This document shows positions 13,150 through 25,566 of a DNA stretch of 64,000 bases, one piece after another. The notes under the pieces are model-generated. The model was not told where the DNA came from. It ran no database searches and saw only the letters and a program-made list of their open reading frames with translations. How positions within the stretch are numbered: the stretch's first letter is position 1; every line of letters begins with the position of its first letter. This stretch comes from Tubulanus polymorphus (taxonomy: Eukaryota; Animalia; Nemertea), in contig NC_134030.1 of the NCBI RefSeq assembly GCF_964204645.1, positions 22,714,210 to 22,778,209 of the forward strand. Reading direction: 5' to 3'. Made by a program: the position numbers and the translations under genes.

Positions 13150-13994
13150 TACCCGGAACCACCCGATCATTGAATGTGAGTGCAGTCTTGCGTGTATGAC
13201 TGGTTGCCTGTCCAATACTACACCGAAATCCCAAAAGGCTTTGTTTGAAATCGGTTTCGGTTTGTAGGAAATTCGTCTTTGCGCGCGTTTGCAACATCAA
13301 ACCGACTTTTCCAACATGGCCGAATAAGGAAATTTCTGCGTTTTCGTTCATTCGTGCATTTGTTCACACTACGGTAAAACCGGTTTATGACGCAATAAAC
13401 TGATTGCTTCGAAGCTTTGACAAATTGACTCCTAATATCTACTAGATTATTTCGGGCTAGAATTATTTCGATGACGCTTCCCGGTTCGACATGAACCAAT
13501 TAGGCAGAAACCCGTTATCGCTGCTAATGCAGCTATATTAATATTTGTCATTATAACTGAAATGATAATCCGTACAAGCAGTAACGACTGTTAATATATG
13601 GTTGATTTGAAGGTTGCCAACAGAAAACGGCACCAAAAAACCAAATCCAATCGGCTATCTATTACGGTTCTGACGCGCAGTCTTACCTAATCGTTGGTGG
13701 TAAGCTTTTTATAATTGGATGAGCTTATACCAATGTGGTTTGTGAAAATATCCGATCGTGAAGCTAAACCACAATCAGGTTACTGACTAAGACTCCCAAT
13801 ATCTGATACTAATCATGATTTATCGTGCACTGGTTCTGTTTCTGGTTTAGATATCTCTCGGAGAGTAAGGTGTGACGCACGATCTTCAAATGAAGTTCGG
13901 ATCGGTCGTCCAACAGCTCCGGAAGTGCCGACCCGACACTGGTGTACTACGCTAGCTGCAGGCACAACGATAACATTTCCGATAGTAATTTCGT

Positions 13995-15419
13995 TTATGC
14001 GCTCAATGCGAACTCTGTTTGATGGTCCGGTTCTGATGACGTCACAACTTCTGCGCTCAAATACCTCTCAACGTACGGCGTGATATCCGGGTCACGTGAT
14101 GTAACAATGGTGGCGCTCGGGACGGGGCGGATCTCTGTCGACCTCGACCTGGACTCGGCGTATAGCGCCCCCACCGGGTCGCGACAGACACTAACCCTGA
14201 TAATCTTAATGATGGTCGTTATCAACGCTATGCACGTTACCACTAGCAACGTGACGTCATAGCTATCTTCAAAATCGACGTCTCCGATTGTTACAATACG
14301 ACCAATCAGAACGACCAGAGGAGGTAGACAGTGCGCCACCTGGTGGTGGGTGAACGCGCACTGAAACGCGATATCGAACAGGAAGTAGAATATAATGGCC
14401 ACGCCCACCAACGCGGTCGATATTATTAGCAATCGATTTTGGCTGATGAGCAGTATGACGTCATTGGGGGATTGCAACATGACTATAATCAGAGAATGAC
14501 TACAATAAAGAGCCAAACCATTCTGCAAACAAATCCGCAATAACCAAATATCCACGAAATTCCGCTTTTTGAATAATTTGCCAAATATCAGTTTTGAGTT
14601 GTTCACTGATGCTCGCAAAGCCATGATCAGTATCAGAGCGCGCACCACGTCCACCGCCCAGTTCAAATAGAACAACCGACTTATAGTGAAAACCGTCGTC
14701 ATTACGTCCAAAATTAACGCCGACAATAACAATGACGTCATAGCGAACGGCACGAGTTCATACTTTTTCGCTTTGATGACGCAAACAACATGGCGGCGTT
14801 TCCGGTTCGTCACGGTCGATAAAGAGTAACATGTTGCCACTAGCAACCAGACGAGGGCTGACATGCGGACGATCACGTGACTCCATAACGGGTCGGTTCG
14901 TCGCTGCGCCCCCTGGTGCTGACAATCGGAACAACTTTCGTTATAGCGCGTTAGTTTTTCTGGAAAAGATAGAGAAGGAGAGTTAAAAGATTCACAATAT
15001 TCTGTAGTTTCAAAGTTCAAATTACGAATTCATTCGGGTTTATAAACACAGATGACGTTATTCTAATCCGATTGAAATCGAATCTGGCGCCGCATTTGTA
15101 AAATAACGACGTAGCATCAAACAAATAAACGAGGTCTTTCGTAGATTATGAAATTCTGCTGTGCTGTTAGTGGTTCCTACGAGCAATTATCTGAACTAAT
15201 AATTGCTCGCAGGTTCTTACCTTCTGAAGTGTGATGTCGCCACTCATTGAGAGTCCGCAGCGTTTCCATAACCAGTAAACTGAACACTATTGATAAAGCC
15301 ATCACGATTTGTAAACAGTGAATTTGTGCAAATCGCTGCCTTCTCACGCTGCTGGTGCTGCTGGTGCTGCTGCTGCCGCCGCTGCTGCTGCTGGTGCTGC
15401 TGCTGGTGGTGATCGCCAT
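13995..15419 (-). CDS. Multi-pass membrane protein (~387 aa, 2 exons: 15419-15221 and 14959-13995)
   Basis: ATG at 15419; phase-1 intron GTAAG...TTTTCCAG joins two open frames; several hydrophobic helices. The motif DIWLLRICLQNGLALY recalls an uncharacterised animal membrane family (si:ch211-161h7.5-like, from memory). Confidence 0.75.
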
Positions 15420-16460
15420 GTTTTCCTGTCTTACAGCCTGAGTTCATACAGTCACTGGTAAGTCGTTGTGACGATCATAATGTTGACGACTTATCCAAAT
15501 GACGACTTAAAACACTTACGCCTAATCGAAATCAAAATTGGGATTAAAAATATAGACGATTTTAATTCAGTAATGTGACGAATAATCTAAACGAAACGAC
15601 TGAACTGAATTCGTATTTCACCAGTGTTTTCACAAGCGAAGCACATTTTTAAAAACGTGATTTTATGCCTAAATAACTAACAGCGCTTTATAGAACCATA
15701 AGGTCATAGGACGGCCACAAATATTCGGCACAGCGTAATGACACACGAGGTTCAAAACAAACTATATGAAAACTAAAGTTTCGCTCGACAGGCCCGTGTG
15801 AGTTCAGAGCAGGAATCCTTTATCGACTTTCTTCAGTTAATAAAGGGTACGATATAAATAACGAAAAGCCCCCTTTTTGTAAAACAAAGGAGTCAATTTT
15901 GTCGACAATCTTTGGAAAATTGCCTACCTTTTTACTAGAATATTACAGTCAAAAGGGCAACACCGCTAATAAGATCATCAACATTAGAATCGAAATTCTA
16001 TTGTTCTGTTCGAAAAAATATGCAATGACAAAGGGGTAAATTCTACTCACGCTTTCACTAATTTTCCAGCCACAAATTTCTCGACGTCAGTTGTAGATCA
16101 GAGATCACAGCTATATGCAGTGAATTTTACCAATTTTTTAATTCTTTCGAGCTGAAATCCACCTGTTTGACCGTGGAATTCCACCTGTTTTACTGTGGAA
16201 TTCCACCTGTTTGTGATTGGCATCCGAGGTTTTGCGCTTCAAATCTATTTACGATTCCAGAAATGATTTCAGAATATATTCTAGCGCGCCGAGTTCTGAT
16301 TTTATGTCAAATAGAATGGAATATTACTGTAGGATCTGTCCTGTCCTTTATGAGGTTTAGGATCAGTAGTTTTAGAACTACATTAACTGGACTGCATTTC
16401 AATGTTGTGCCTCACCTACTGGTTCTCAGAGGGTTTTAATTTCCATTTTCGTTGTGAAGT

Positions 16461-16675
16461 TTGTGAGGGCCAGTCCAGTGAGGGCAAGACCTGTGAGGAC
16501 CAATCCTCTGAGGCTAGTCCTGTGAGGGTCAGACCTGTAAGGACCAATCCTGTGAGGGCCAGACCTGTGAGGATCAATCTTCTGAGCTCTGAGGCTAGTC
16601 CTAAGAGGGCCAATTCTGTGAGGGCCAGTCCCATGAGGGCCAGACCTGTGAGGGTCAGACATTTGAGGGCCAATC
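16461..16675. repeat. Degenerate 15-bp minisatellite (TGTGAGGGCCAGACC)n
   Basis: Repeated GTGAGGGCCA core. Confidence 0.85.
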
Positions 16676-16900
16676 CTCCTTTTCCATAGAACTGGTCAGT
16701 CAAAAACGAAACGGAATTACTGTTGAATTTTGCCATTGTAAACGTCTTCAGCCAGAAAAAATTCCAACAGTACTGAAAAAATGTGTTTGGATGATGACGA
16801 ATTTCAGCAACTGATATTCAAAACTCTTAAACTCAATCTTCAAATGATGAATTTTATTTAGTTTTCATTGTTGACAACGAAACGAAGTTTTAAAGTTGAA

Positions 16901-17972
16901 TTAACGCCCGCAGTATGGTCCAGGGGTATTACATGCCGGTCCAACACCACCTGAAATATAGAAATCATGTCAAATTAAAGTCACAATTATTAGGATTGTG
17001 AGTGAGGATCCACCAGGTGTCACTAGTGTGCAGTAGGATATCAACTACTGCGGCTTTAGAAGATTCCACTTATGGCAAGTGAGGTCCTATTTACCCCGAT
17101 TACTGGACACTTCGATCAAGTTCCAAGTTTTACGGAAAGTTGATATCACACTGTGAAGAGTGCACACTGTGAGGAGCGCACACTGTGAGGAGCGCACACT
17201 ATGAGGAGCGCACACTATGAGGAGCGCACACGTTGAGGAGCGCACACTATGAGGAGCGCACACTGTGAGGAGCACACACTATTAGGAGTGCACATGTGAG
17301 GGGCACACACTGTGAGGAGCGCACACTGTGAGGAGTGTACGCTGTGAGAAGCGCACACTGTGAGGAGCACACACTATTAGGAGTGCACATGTGAGGAGCG
17401 CACACTGTGAGGGGCGCACACTGTGAGGAGTGCACGCTGTGAGGAGTGCACACAATGAGGAGCGCACACTGTGAGGAGTGCACACTATGAGGAGTGCACA
17501 TTATGAGGAGCGCACACTGTGAGGAGTGCACTCTGTGAGGCGCACATTAAGTGAGGAGTCAGTGTTGGAACCAGTGCTTTGGGCTGCGTTGACTGATTAA
17601 TACTTAATACTCCACCTCCGTTTCCATTGCCATTGCCATTATTTCCACCTCCGTTTCCATTACCAGTGCCATTATTTCCACCTCCGTTTCCATTATTTCC
17701 GTTTCCGTTATTTCCGTTTCCGTTTCCGTTTTGTCGTTTTGCTCGAGTTTCCTTCACTAGGTGAAATAGAAACAGAACGTAAAACCAAAGACTTCACAAC
17801 AGAACTGAACCGGACCTGAACGGACCGGACTGAACTGATCTGGACTGGTGCGGACTATACCGGACTGGTCTTAGATCTAAACCTTGTTACCGTTGTACTT
17901 ACTTTCTGAAGTGAGCGTCACAGAAATCATCACCAACAACAGAGCAAAAACCAGAAACTGTTTGGAAAACAT
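16901..17972 (-). CDS. Secreted Gly/Asn-rich peptide precursor A (~86 aa)
   Basis: Exons 17972-17903, 17756-17616 (donor weak; alternative end 17604) and 16950-16901 give MFSKQFLVFALLLVMISVTLTSE-MKETRAKR-QNGNGNGNN...G-GGVGPACNTPGPYCGR*. A non-coding first exon has its donor at ~18552, TATA at ~18630, AATAAA at ~16855. Confidence 0.75.
17147..17545. repeat. Intronic ~17-bp minisatellite (CACACTGTGAGGAGCG-like)
   Basis: More than 20 degenerate copies inside the last intron of precursor A. Confidence 0.9.
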
Positions 17973-18059
17973 CTGAAATAATTTAGGAACAAAACATGAA
18001 TTATTGACATTGACAACAAATTAGGTTCGAGATAATGGGCCTGTTATAGACAGAAAGAC

Positions 18060-18465
<406 letters not shown>

Positions 18466-19014
18466 GTAAGTGAGACAGAGAGAAGGAAAGTAGAGCGATA
18501 TAAACAGATTGATATTCACTATGGAGACGACACTATGATTCAGACACACTTACCTTGATAGAAGAGTTTTTTGTCGTTTGTGTTGAAATGTTTCAATTCA
18601 ATACGGTTTCACTAGGATTTCACTGGTGTTTATATACACTTTACGTCTGACTTATCACTTAGTAATTTGCATATAATTAGCATATTGCTTACAAATCGAT
18701 GTATTATATGTAAGTGAAATGGATAAAGCACGCGGCATAATTCACTCGTTACAGTCTGTTCTGTCAATCTACGAATGATGAATTATTGCGTAGTTTATGA
18801 ATGTGCTCGTAAATCTGTCTTATTTCTGAATTCATTTCGTGACCAGTTTTTCAATTTGCGCTTTTATTTTTTGCTATTGATCTAAATTTTATTACATCAC
18901 CACTTCGTGTTTTATCTATTTCCGAATTGAAAGTATTCAAAAATCACATCTTCTTAAAAAAGTTCTTACGTTTCGAGTTTAAAACTTGATGCGCGAATCA
19001 AACAGCAGCCACTG

Positions 19015-19263
19015 ACCACTCGTGGCAAGTGAGGATCCACCAGGTGTCACTAGCGTGTAGTAGGATTTGAACTTCCGGGGCGATAGTGGATTTCACTTGT
19101 GGCAAGTGAGAATCCACCAGGTGTCACTAGCGTGTCGAAGGTTATCAACTGCTGCAGCGATATAGGATTCCACCAGGTGTCACTAGCGCGAAGTAACTAC
19201 TTTGGCAATATTGGATTCCACTAGTGGCAAGTGAGGATCCACCAGGTGTCACTAGTGGCAAGT
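19015..19263. repeat. Tandem/dispersed repeat GGCAAGTGAGGATCCACCAGGTGTCACTAG
   Basis: Four cores here and another copy at ~17000-17085. Confidence 0.8.
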
Positions 19264-19524
19264 CTTGCATTCGTCCGTGTATCATAAAAACCCAAAATAC
19301 ATGATCAATATACTGAAAATATTTTATTCTTCGTCGACGTCAAGTAACATAGAATTCAGTCAAAAAGGATTGATAACTGCTTCCGTAATTATATCTATGA
19401 CGTCACTATTAAGTATGTTATCATCAAACACATTAGAAATAATTTATTCGATTGTTTATATCGATTTGATGACGTCATAAGGGGATTCACGCAGGAGGCT
19501 ACCTTTGTCTAATGTGTAATTATA

Positions 19525-20535
19525 CTACGAGGCAGATTGCCATAGTTTAAACCTACTGATGATAGATATCGATTTAACTCCGCCTTTGACGTCATTTCTA
19601 AAACTGCGACTGCACAAGAATATATACGCGTTAACCATGTGATTTGCCTGATATAGAACGGTACCAATTGAATTACCAATAATCATGAACGATCCGTAAG
19701 TTAAATTCTCGCAATGAGTAAAGTAGTATAAGTAAGTTTCCGAGCCATGTTCATATTCTAATACAATCGTAAGAGCCGCCAGAAATGATAGAACTAAAAA
19801 TGCCAGTGATGTTGAAATAACTAAAACTGTTATTCGCTTAGCTGTGGCTTGTTTTCTATCATCAGTGACTTGTTGAGTTGCGTCCATGTTAGCAGATCTT
19901 CTCACGCCAACTATTATAACACCATTCGCTACAGCGACGACAAGAAATGGTAAAAACAATGCTAAAGTGTTGTTTAGATTTGAATAAATCGCTGAACCGG
20001 TTAGGTTTACTATCATACAAGTTGTCCATTGACCAGTAAGGTCTATAGCCTCATGAAAAGCTGCTCCAATAATATTGATGATTGCTAAAATAGTGCTTAC
20101 AATCGCCACAGCTTTCTTAGCCCTAGCGACAGTGCACAGAGTGGCAGCTTGAAGAGGTTTAGAAACAGCTACAGCGCGATCAACCGTCATCAGAACCAGG
20201 ATCCAAACAGCTATCTGTTTCGGGCAATTCGCGTGGAAAAGTTTCACAATACACATGGGTCTGCTGAATTTCACATAAGCTATATCCATCAGATAGGGAA
20301 CTTCGGCACCCAATATCGCGTACAAATCAGCCATTCCTAAATACATCATGTAAAAATGGCCGCAACTCGTCGACGATTTCTTGTAAGTTCCCAAAACGAT
20401 GATTATCAAACCTATCAAACTCAATACAGGAAACGCGTATGCCGTCGTCCTGTTCAGGTTGAAAGTTATCGGAACCAACCATCCATAGATCTTAGTGAAA
20501 CACATATCTTCAAATGATATATTTGTGTAAACCAT
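19525..20535 (-). CDS. Class A (rhodopsin-like) GPCR 1, orphan
   Basis: 336-aa ORF with 7 hydrophobic segments, TM2 LGMAD, TM3 Cys and VDRAVAV, ECL2 Cys, TM7 NHMVNAY. Splice acceptor just upstream of the ATG. Confidence 0.92.
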   Translation of the reverse strand: MVYTNISFEDMCFTKIYGWLVPITFNLNRTTAYAFPVLSLIGLIIIVLGTYKKSSTSCGHFYMMYLGMADLYAILGAEVPYLMDIAYVKFSRPMCIVKLFHANCPKQIAVWILVLMTVDRAVAVSKPLQAATLCTVARAKKAVAIVSTILAIINIIGAAFHEAIDLTGQWTTCMIVNLTGSAIYSNLNNTLALFLPFLVVAVANGVIIVGVRRSANMDATQQVTDDRKQATAKRITVLVISTSLAFLVLSFLAALTIVLEYEHGSETYLYYFTHCENLTYGSFMIIGNSIGTVLYQANHMVNAYIFLCSRSFRNDVKGGVKSISIISRFKLWQSAS

Positions 20536-20813
20536 CTTTTTCTACCTAGAAAATATTAAATGAATAAGTCATATTTTCATCTTCATCCCAGATCTTCCTT
20601 CACCAGCAATAGCACGATTTATTCTAACTTGAAAATCATCAAAAAGGATCGATTAACCGCATATTTGTCTAGTGCTGTAAATGTAAATGTAAAACTGGGA
20701 GTAAATCTGAAACAAACTGATTGAAAATTGAAATTACCTTTAATCGGTGAAATGAAGACGTGTTGTCTCTATTAAACTAGTAAACTGAACTAGTAAAATC
20801 TACAATTATCAGC

Positions 20814-21343
20814 GACGATTTAAAGACGTTTGGGTAAAACTTGATATAGATTAGTGTTTTAGGTGAATTTTCCACCAATCAACGAGTAGAACCATAAGTT
20901 TAAAACATGAATATTTAATGAGCCGCATGCGCACAAGGGAAATTATTCTGTATCTTTGAAGTATGATTTAGTTTTACAAGACTCTCCTCACATCCAACCC
21001 GCTGGAGGCTGTATCTATATCAGTATAAGGATTCTTATTGTCTTTTCCACGATTGAGTTGGTGCCGCTGTCGCTGGAAAAAACATTTTTAGACAGACATT
21101 GCTCAATTATTGACGTGTCTGTTGTGCTTTTTCTGTTTAACAATACAAGGTTCACTCTTCCACACGCGTCTGAATCGAGTTGTTGAAGATAGAAACAAAT
21201 CGATGCATGAATGAAACAATAGGAAGACCTCTCTGATGATAAACATGTAGATATTGTCCTACTGTTCTAAAGAATAGACCGCTCAATAGCAGGGCGCGGC
21301 GGGGATGATCAAAGAATCAGACATTACTAAAACTTCGTTCTAA
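20814..21343. promoter_or_regulatory. Duplicated upstream region of the GPCR genes (direct copy at ~23110-23634) with a conserved ATGAGCCGCATGCGCA motif
   Basis: ~530-bp direct repeat. The motif lies at 20918-20933, 23212-23227 and inverted at 27603-27618. Confidence 0.7.
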
Positions 21344-21800
21344 CCATCACTGGCGTCTAATGGCGCGAACCTAATTGATATACATGATGTTACTGGCAAA
21401 TAAAGACCTCCCTAAAAAGTGTAACGTAGGTTGTAAGCGACAGGCATATTGTACAACGTCACTAGAATCACAATAATGAAACAAGATGATCGGATGATAT
21501 CAAACTTTACGTGATTGTTCTAATGAGTATTAAGTGTTGATTGGTTGATGCCATGATTGCGCGTTCCACGGCATGAAGAAATCTGAACAAACCTTGAAGG
21601 ATGAAATTCGGGTCGTACATTCAGAGACAAGATTGGAAAAGAGCACTTTGTTTTGTGAAGGAAGGTAAGAACTTTTCGAATTATTTTCCGACCCAAAAAC
21701 TCAAATTTCGCCTGAAGGAATATTGGAAAAATAAGGATGACTTTTGACTTCACGCTTCGTCATACGATTTCTCTTTTGAATTTTGCAGGGAAACTCGAAG

Positions 21801-22790
21801 ATGAGTTATTACGGGAATGCGAATGAAAGTGTCTTGTGTTGGGTGAAGAAATGGGGTTGGATTACACCGATAACCACGTACATAGTCGCTGGACCAGCCT
21901 GGGCGTACCCTTTCCTGAATCTTATTGGATTAGTCGTCATAATCCTGGGCACTTACAGAAAAGCGTCCTACAGTTCCTGTCATTTATACATGCTGGTTTT
22001 GGGAATGGCAGATTTGTACGCCATTGTAGGTATTGAAGTGCCTTATCTGATGGACCTTTACCGTGTAAAATTCAGTAGAGCTATGTGCATCGTGAAGGCT
22101 TTCCACAAAGATTGTCCTAAACAAGTTGCTATCTGGATCTTGGTTCTGATGACGGTTGATCGCGCTGTAGCCGTTTCTAAACCTCTTCAAGCTGCCACTC
22201 GGTGCACTGTCGCTAGAGCTAAGCGAACGATAGCCGTTACGATGGGTTTCCTGGCCCTAATTCAAGGAACATGGGCCGCTTTTCACGTCGATAAGGACCA
22301 ATTTGGCACATGGACAGCTTGCGTATTGGAATATGACCTAGCCTACACAATTTTCCATCATTATAACAACATGATGTCGTTATATTTACCGATATTTGTA
22401 ATCACTGTAGCGAATGGTGTTATAATAGTTGGCGTGAGACGATCTGCAAACATGGACGCAACTCAACAAGTCACTGATGTTACAAAAAAACAAGCTACAG
22501 CTAAACGAATAACAGTTTTAGTAGTTTCAACATCACTGGCATTTGTGATGCTCTCATTCCTATTCGCGGTTGTAACAATTCTATTTTTAGAATATGGATC
22601 AATTCGTAAAACCGCCGATTTCTACTACAGACATTGTGAATATGAATATTATCTACTGTTTCTCAGTTTAAGCCGTTCCGTTGGCACGGCTCTGATGAAC
22701 GCGAATCATTGGGTGAACGCCTGCATATTTCTGAGCAGCGCCAACTTTCGAAATGATGTCAAAACTAGCATCGAAAAACTGCGAAAGTGA
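21801..22790 (+). CDS. Class A GPCR 2, orphan
   Basis: ATG at 21801 follows the acceptor TTTTGCAG; 7TM; LGMAD, VDRAVAV, NHWVNAC. Confidence 0.92.
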   Translation: MSYYGNANESVLCWVKKWGWITPITTYIVAGPAWAYPFLNLIGLVVIILGTYRKASYSSCHLYMLVLGMADLYAIVGIEVPYLMDLYRVKFSRAMCIVKAFHKDCPKQVAIWILVLMTVDRAVAVSKPLQAATRCTVARAKRTIAVTMGFLALIQGTWAAFHVDKDQFGTWTACVLEYDLAYTIFHHYNNMMSLYLPIFVITVANGVIIVGVRRSANMDATQQVTDVTKKQATAKRITVLVVSTSLAFVMLSFLFAVVTILFLEYGSIRKTADFYYRHCEYEYYLLFLSLSRSVGTALMNANHWVNACIFLSSANFRNDVKTSIEKLRK

Positions 22791-23940
22791 CATAAAACGA
22801 ACGACAGAAAGTAGCAGAATTTTTGTCGAGGTTTTCGTTATTCTGAATGAAAGAAATGAATTTAAATTCATATGAATCACTTCTAATTTGTTCTAATGAA
22901 ATGTAATCACTGTTAGAAATATAATATACCTGATCAAAATGATCTCGATGCATGTTTTTATTTGTATTTTTGGTTCGAATTTCTCCCTTTAGAATCTGAC
23001 GAATATTCTCAAATATTTGCGTCCATGTTTGGTCGGTTGGGATTTTTATAGTATCACTCAGTGAAATCCATCAGTTGAGGATGTGACCAATTCATTTCAC
23101 TGTTTGCCTACGATTTAAAGATGTCTGGATAAAACTGAATATAGATAAGTGTTTTAGAATGAATCTTTCCACCAATCAACGAGTAGAACTAGGTTTAAAC
23201 ATGAATATTTAATGAGCCGCATGCGCACAAGGGAAATTATTCTGTATCTTTGAAGTATGATTTAGTTTTACAAGACTCTCCTCACATCCAACCCGCTGGA
23301 GGCTGTATCTTTATCAGTATAAGGATTCTTATTGTCTTTTCCACGATTGATTTGGTCTCTCTTGTCGCCGGCAAAAATATTAAAGACAGACACTGCTCAA
23401 TGATTGACGTGTCTCCTTGTTTTTCTGTTTAACAATACAAGGTTCACTCTTTCAGACTCGTCTGAAAGCCAGCAAGATATAAACAAATCGATACATGTAT
23501 AAAACAATAGGAAGCCCCTAATGATAAACATGTAGATATTGTCGTATTGTTCTAAAGAATAAACGGTTTACAGGTATAGCTGGGCGAGGCGAGGATGATC
23601 AAAGAATTAGACATTACTAAAACTTCTTTCTAAACATTTCATATCCTTTTTATCTCTAACATATGTAAAAAAAGATACTAAAAATGGATAGTAACCATAA
23701 ACACGGAACTGGTGACTGGATATCGATAGACCAATCAGATCCAGAATTCCATCACTATTTCTGCTGACGACTCTCGTTGAAGCACTGACACTAACACTGA
23801 CCTGACTGTGTTCAGCTCGTGTCCATTTCCTGGCTGATTTCGGATAAAGGACTTCAAACTAGAAGGTAAAGTATTTCCGAATTAATCACATGTAATTCGA
23901 GTCAAGAATTGTTATTTGATGCGTTATTTTGTAGGTTATT

Positions 23941-24942
23941 ATGAATCATACGAATTCGACGCGAGTTGATGGTGAAATGTGTTGGCTCGTGAAATATGGC
24001 TGGACTTCACCTATCACCTTGTACATGAACGTTGTATCTGCCTATCTCTACCCCGCAATGAGTTCTGTTGGTTTGGTGATCACCGTTCTGGGAACTTACA
24101 GAAAAGCTGCTCACAGTTCGTGTCATTTCTACATGCTCGCTTTAGGAGTGGCAGATCTGTACGCGATTATAGCCATTGAAGTGCCCTATTTGATGGATAC
24201 GTTCTTTTATCAGTTCACTACGATTATGTGCAAGTTTAAGGCTTTCCATCTGAATTGCCCGCAGCAGATTTCGATCTGGATCCTGGTTCTGATGACGGTT
24301 GATCGCGCTGTAGCCGTTTCTAAACCTCTCCAAGCTGCCACTCTGTGCACTGTCGCCAGGGCTAAGAAAGCTGTAGCGATTGTAAGCGTTTTAATGGTCA
24401 TTATTCATATTCCGTGGTCGGCTTTTCACGTGGCTAAGAAAAATCTCAAATTTATCAGTTGTATCTTGGGCGATGCAGAATCTTATGCCGGTTATAAACA
24501 TTTAAACAATGTTCTAGCTTTATTGCTGCCGATTCTCGTGATCGCAGTATCGAATGGAGTCATTATAGCGAATGTTAAAAAGTCCGTCGATGTTGATACG
24601 AGTCAAAAAGTCACTGATAACAAGAAAAAAGGAACAGCTAAAAGAATCACTGTTTTAGTAGTAACAACATCAGTTGCGTTTGTGGTGCTGTCTATTTTGA
24701 ATACTGTAACCAGTCTACTAGCACTAGAGCATGGAAGCGGCATGGCCACGTATTTATACTACATGGCTCATTGTGAACACGAAGTTTACGGAACTTTTTT
24801 ACTAATCGGTAACGCTATGGGTATTATACTGTTCAACGCCAATCATTCTATCAATGCTTACATATTTTTGTGTAGCGGGAATTTCAGGAGAGACGTTAAA
24901 ACTGGCGCTACAAAGTTTTATCGGAAATTCTTACGTCGTTAA
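23941..24942 (+). CDS. Class A GPCR 3, orphan
   Basis: 333-aa ORF; 7TM; LGVAD, VDRAVAV, NHSINAY. Acceptor just before the ATG. Confidence 0.92.
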   Translation: MNHTNSTRVDGEMCWLVKYGWTSPITLYMNVVSAYLYPAMSSVGLVITVLGTYRKAAHSSCHFYMLALGVADLYAIIAIEVPYLMDTFFYQFTTIMCKFKAFHLNCPQQISIWILVLMTVDRAVAVSKPLQAATLCTVARAKKAVAIVSVLMVIIHIPWSAFHVAKKNLKFISCILGDAESYAGYKHLNNVLALLLPILVIAVSNGVIIANVKKSVDVDTSQKVTDNKKKGTAKRITVLVVTTSVAFVVLSILNTVTSLLALEHGSGMATYLYYMAHCEHEVYGTFLLIGNAMGIILFNANHSINAYIFLCSGNFRRDVKTGATKFYRKFLRR

Positions 24943-25566
24943 CGACACATCATTTGAACTATATTTGTATATCATTTACTGTGTCTGATTCACGGAACCA
25001 CACTTTCCAACATAGAATTTCATAAAAACGGTTAATATACCTGCGCGTAGTATTTGTATAGAAACGCCCACTGAAAACCTATCAGCCAATCAGATACATC
25101 GATGCTTCTACATGTTTTGCATATAAGTCATAATGTACATACTCGCTGATTGGCTAGAGCGCTGATGTTATCAGGTTTGACTCGTCAACACAAATCACTA
25201 CGGAGAGTTTGCTGTTTTTATCCTGGTTTTGTGTTAGAAAAGTGAATTCCATAAACAAGGTAAAGTATCAATATTCAACTTCAATTAATCTTTCTCACAT
25301 TATTTTATATCAGCGTTTTTTTTTCTTAATTCCAATTTACCATTCAAACGCAAACGTGTGTTTTTGTAAAAATGTTATTTTGTCGACTTAATCAGTTGAT
25401 TTATACATCGAATTGATAAATTACTAGGTAAACTCACTATTCACAAATAAAAGCACATTTGAGTTTAAAATAATTCAAGATGTTTTCAGAATCCGGAAGA
25501 AGCGTGGCCATCGTTTGGTTTATGTAAATATATATTTTTCATTTTTGCTTTTATAGATTCACGAAG

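Noticed and set aside
12806-13499. Overlapping ORFs of 73-153 aa
   Set aside because: They run through or beside a MITE, lack recognisable domains and mostly have non-ATG starts.
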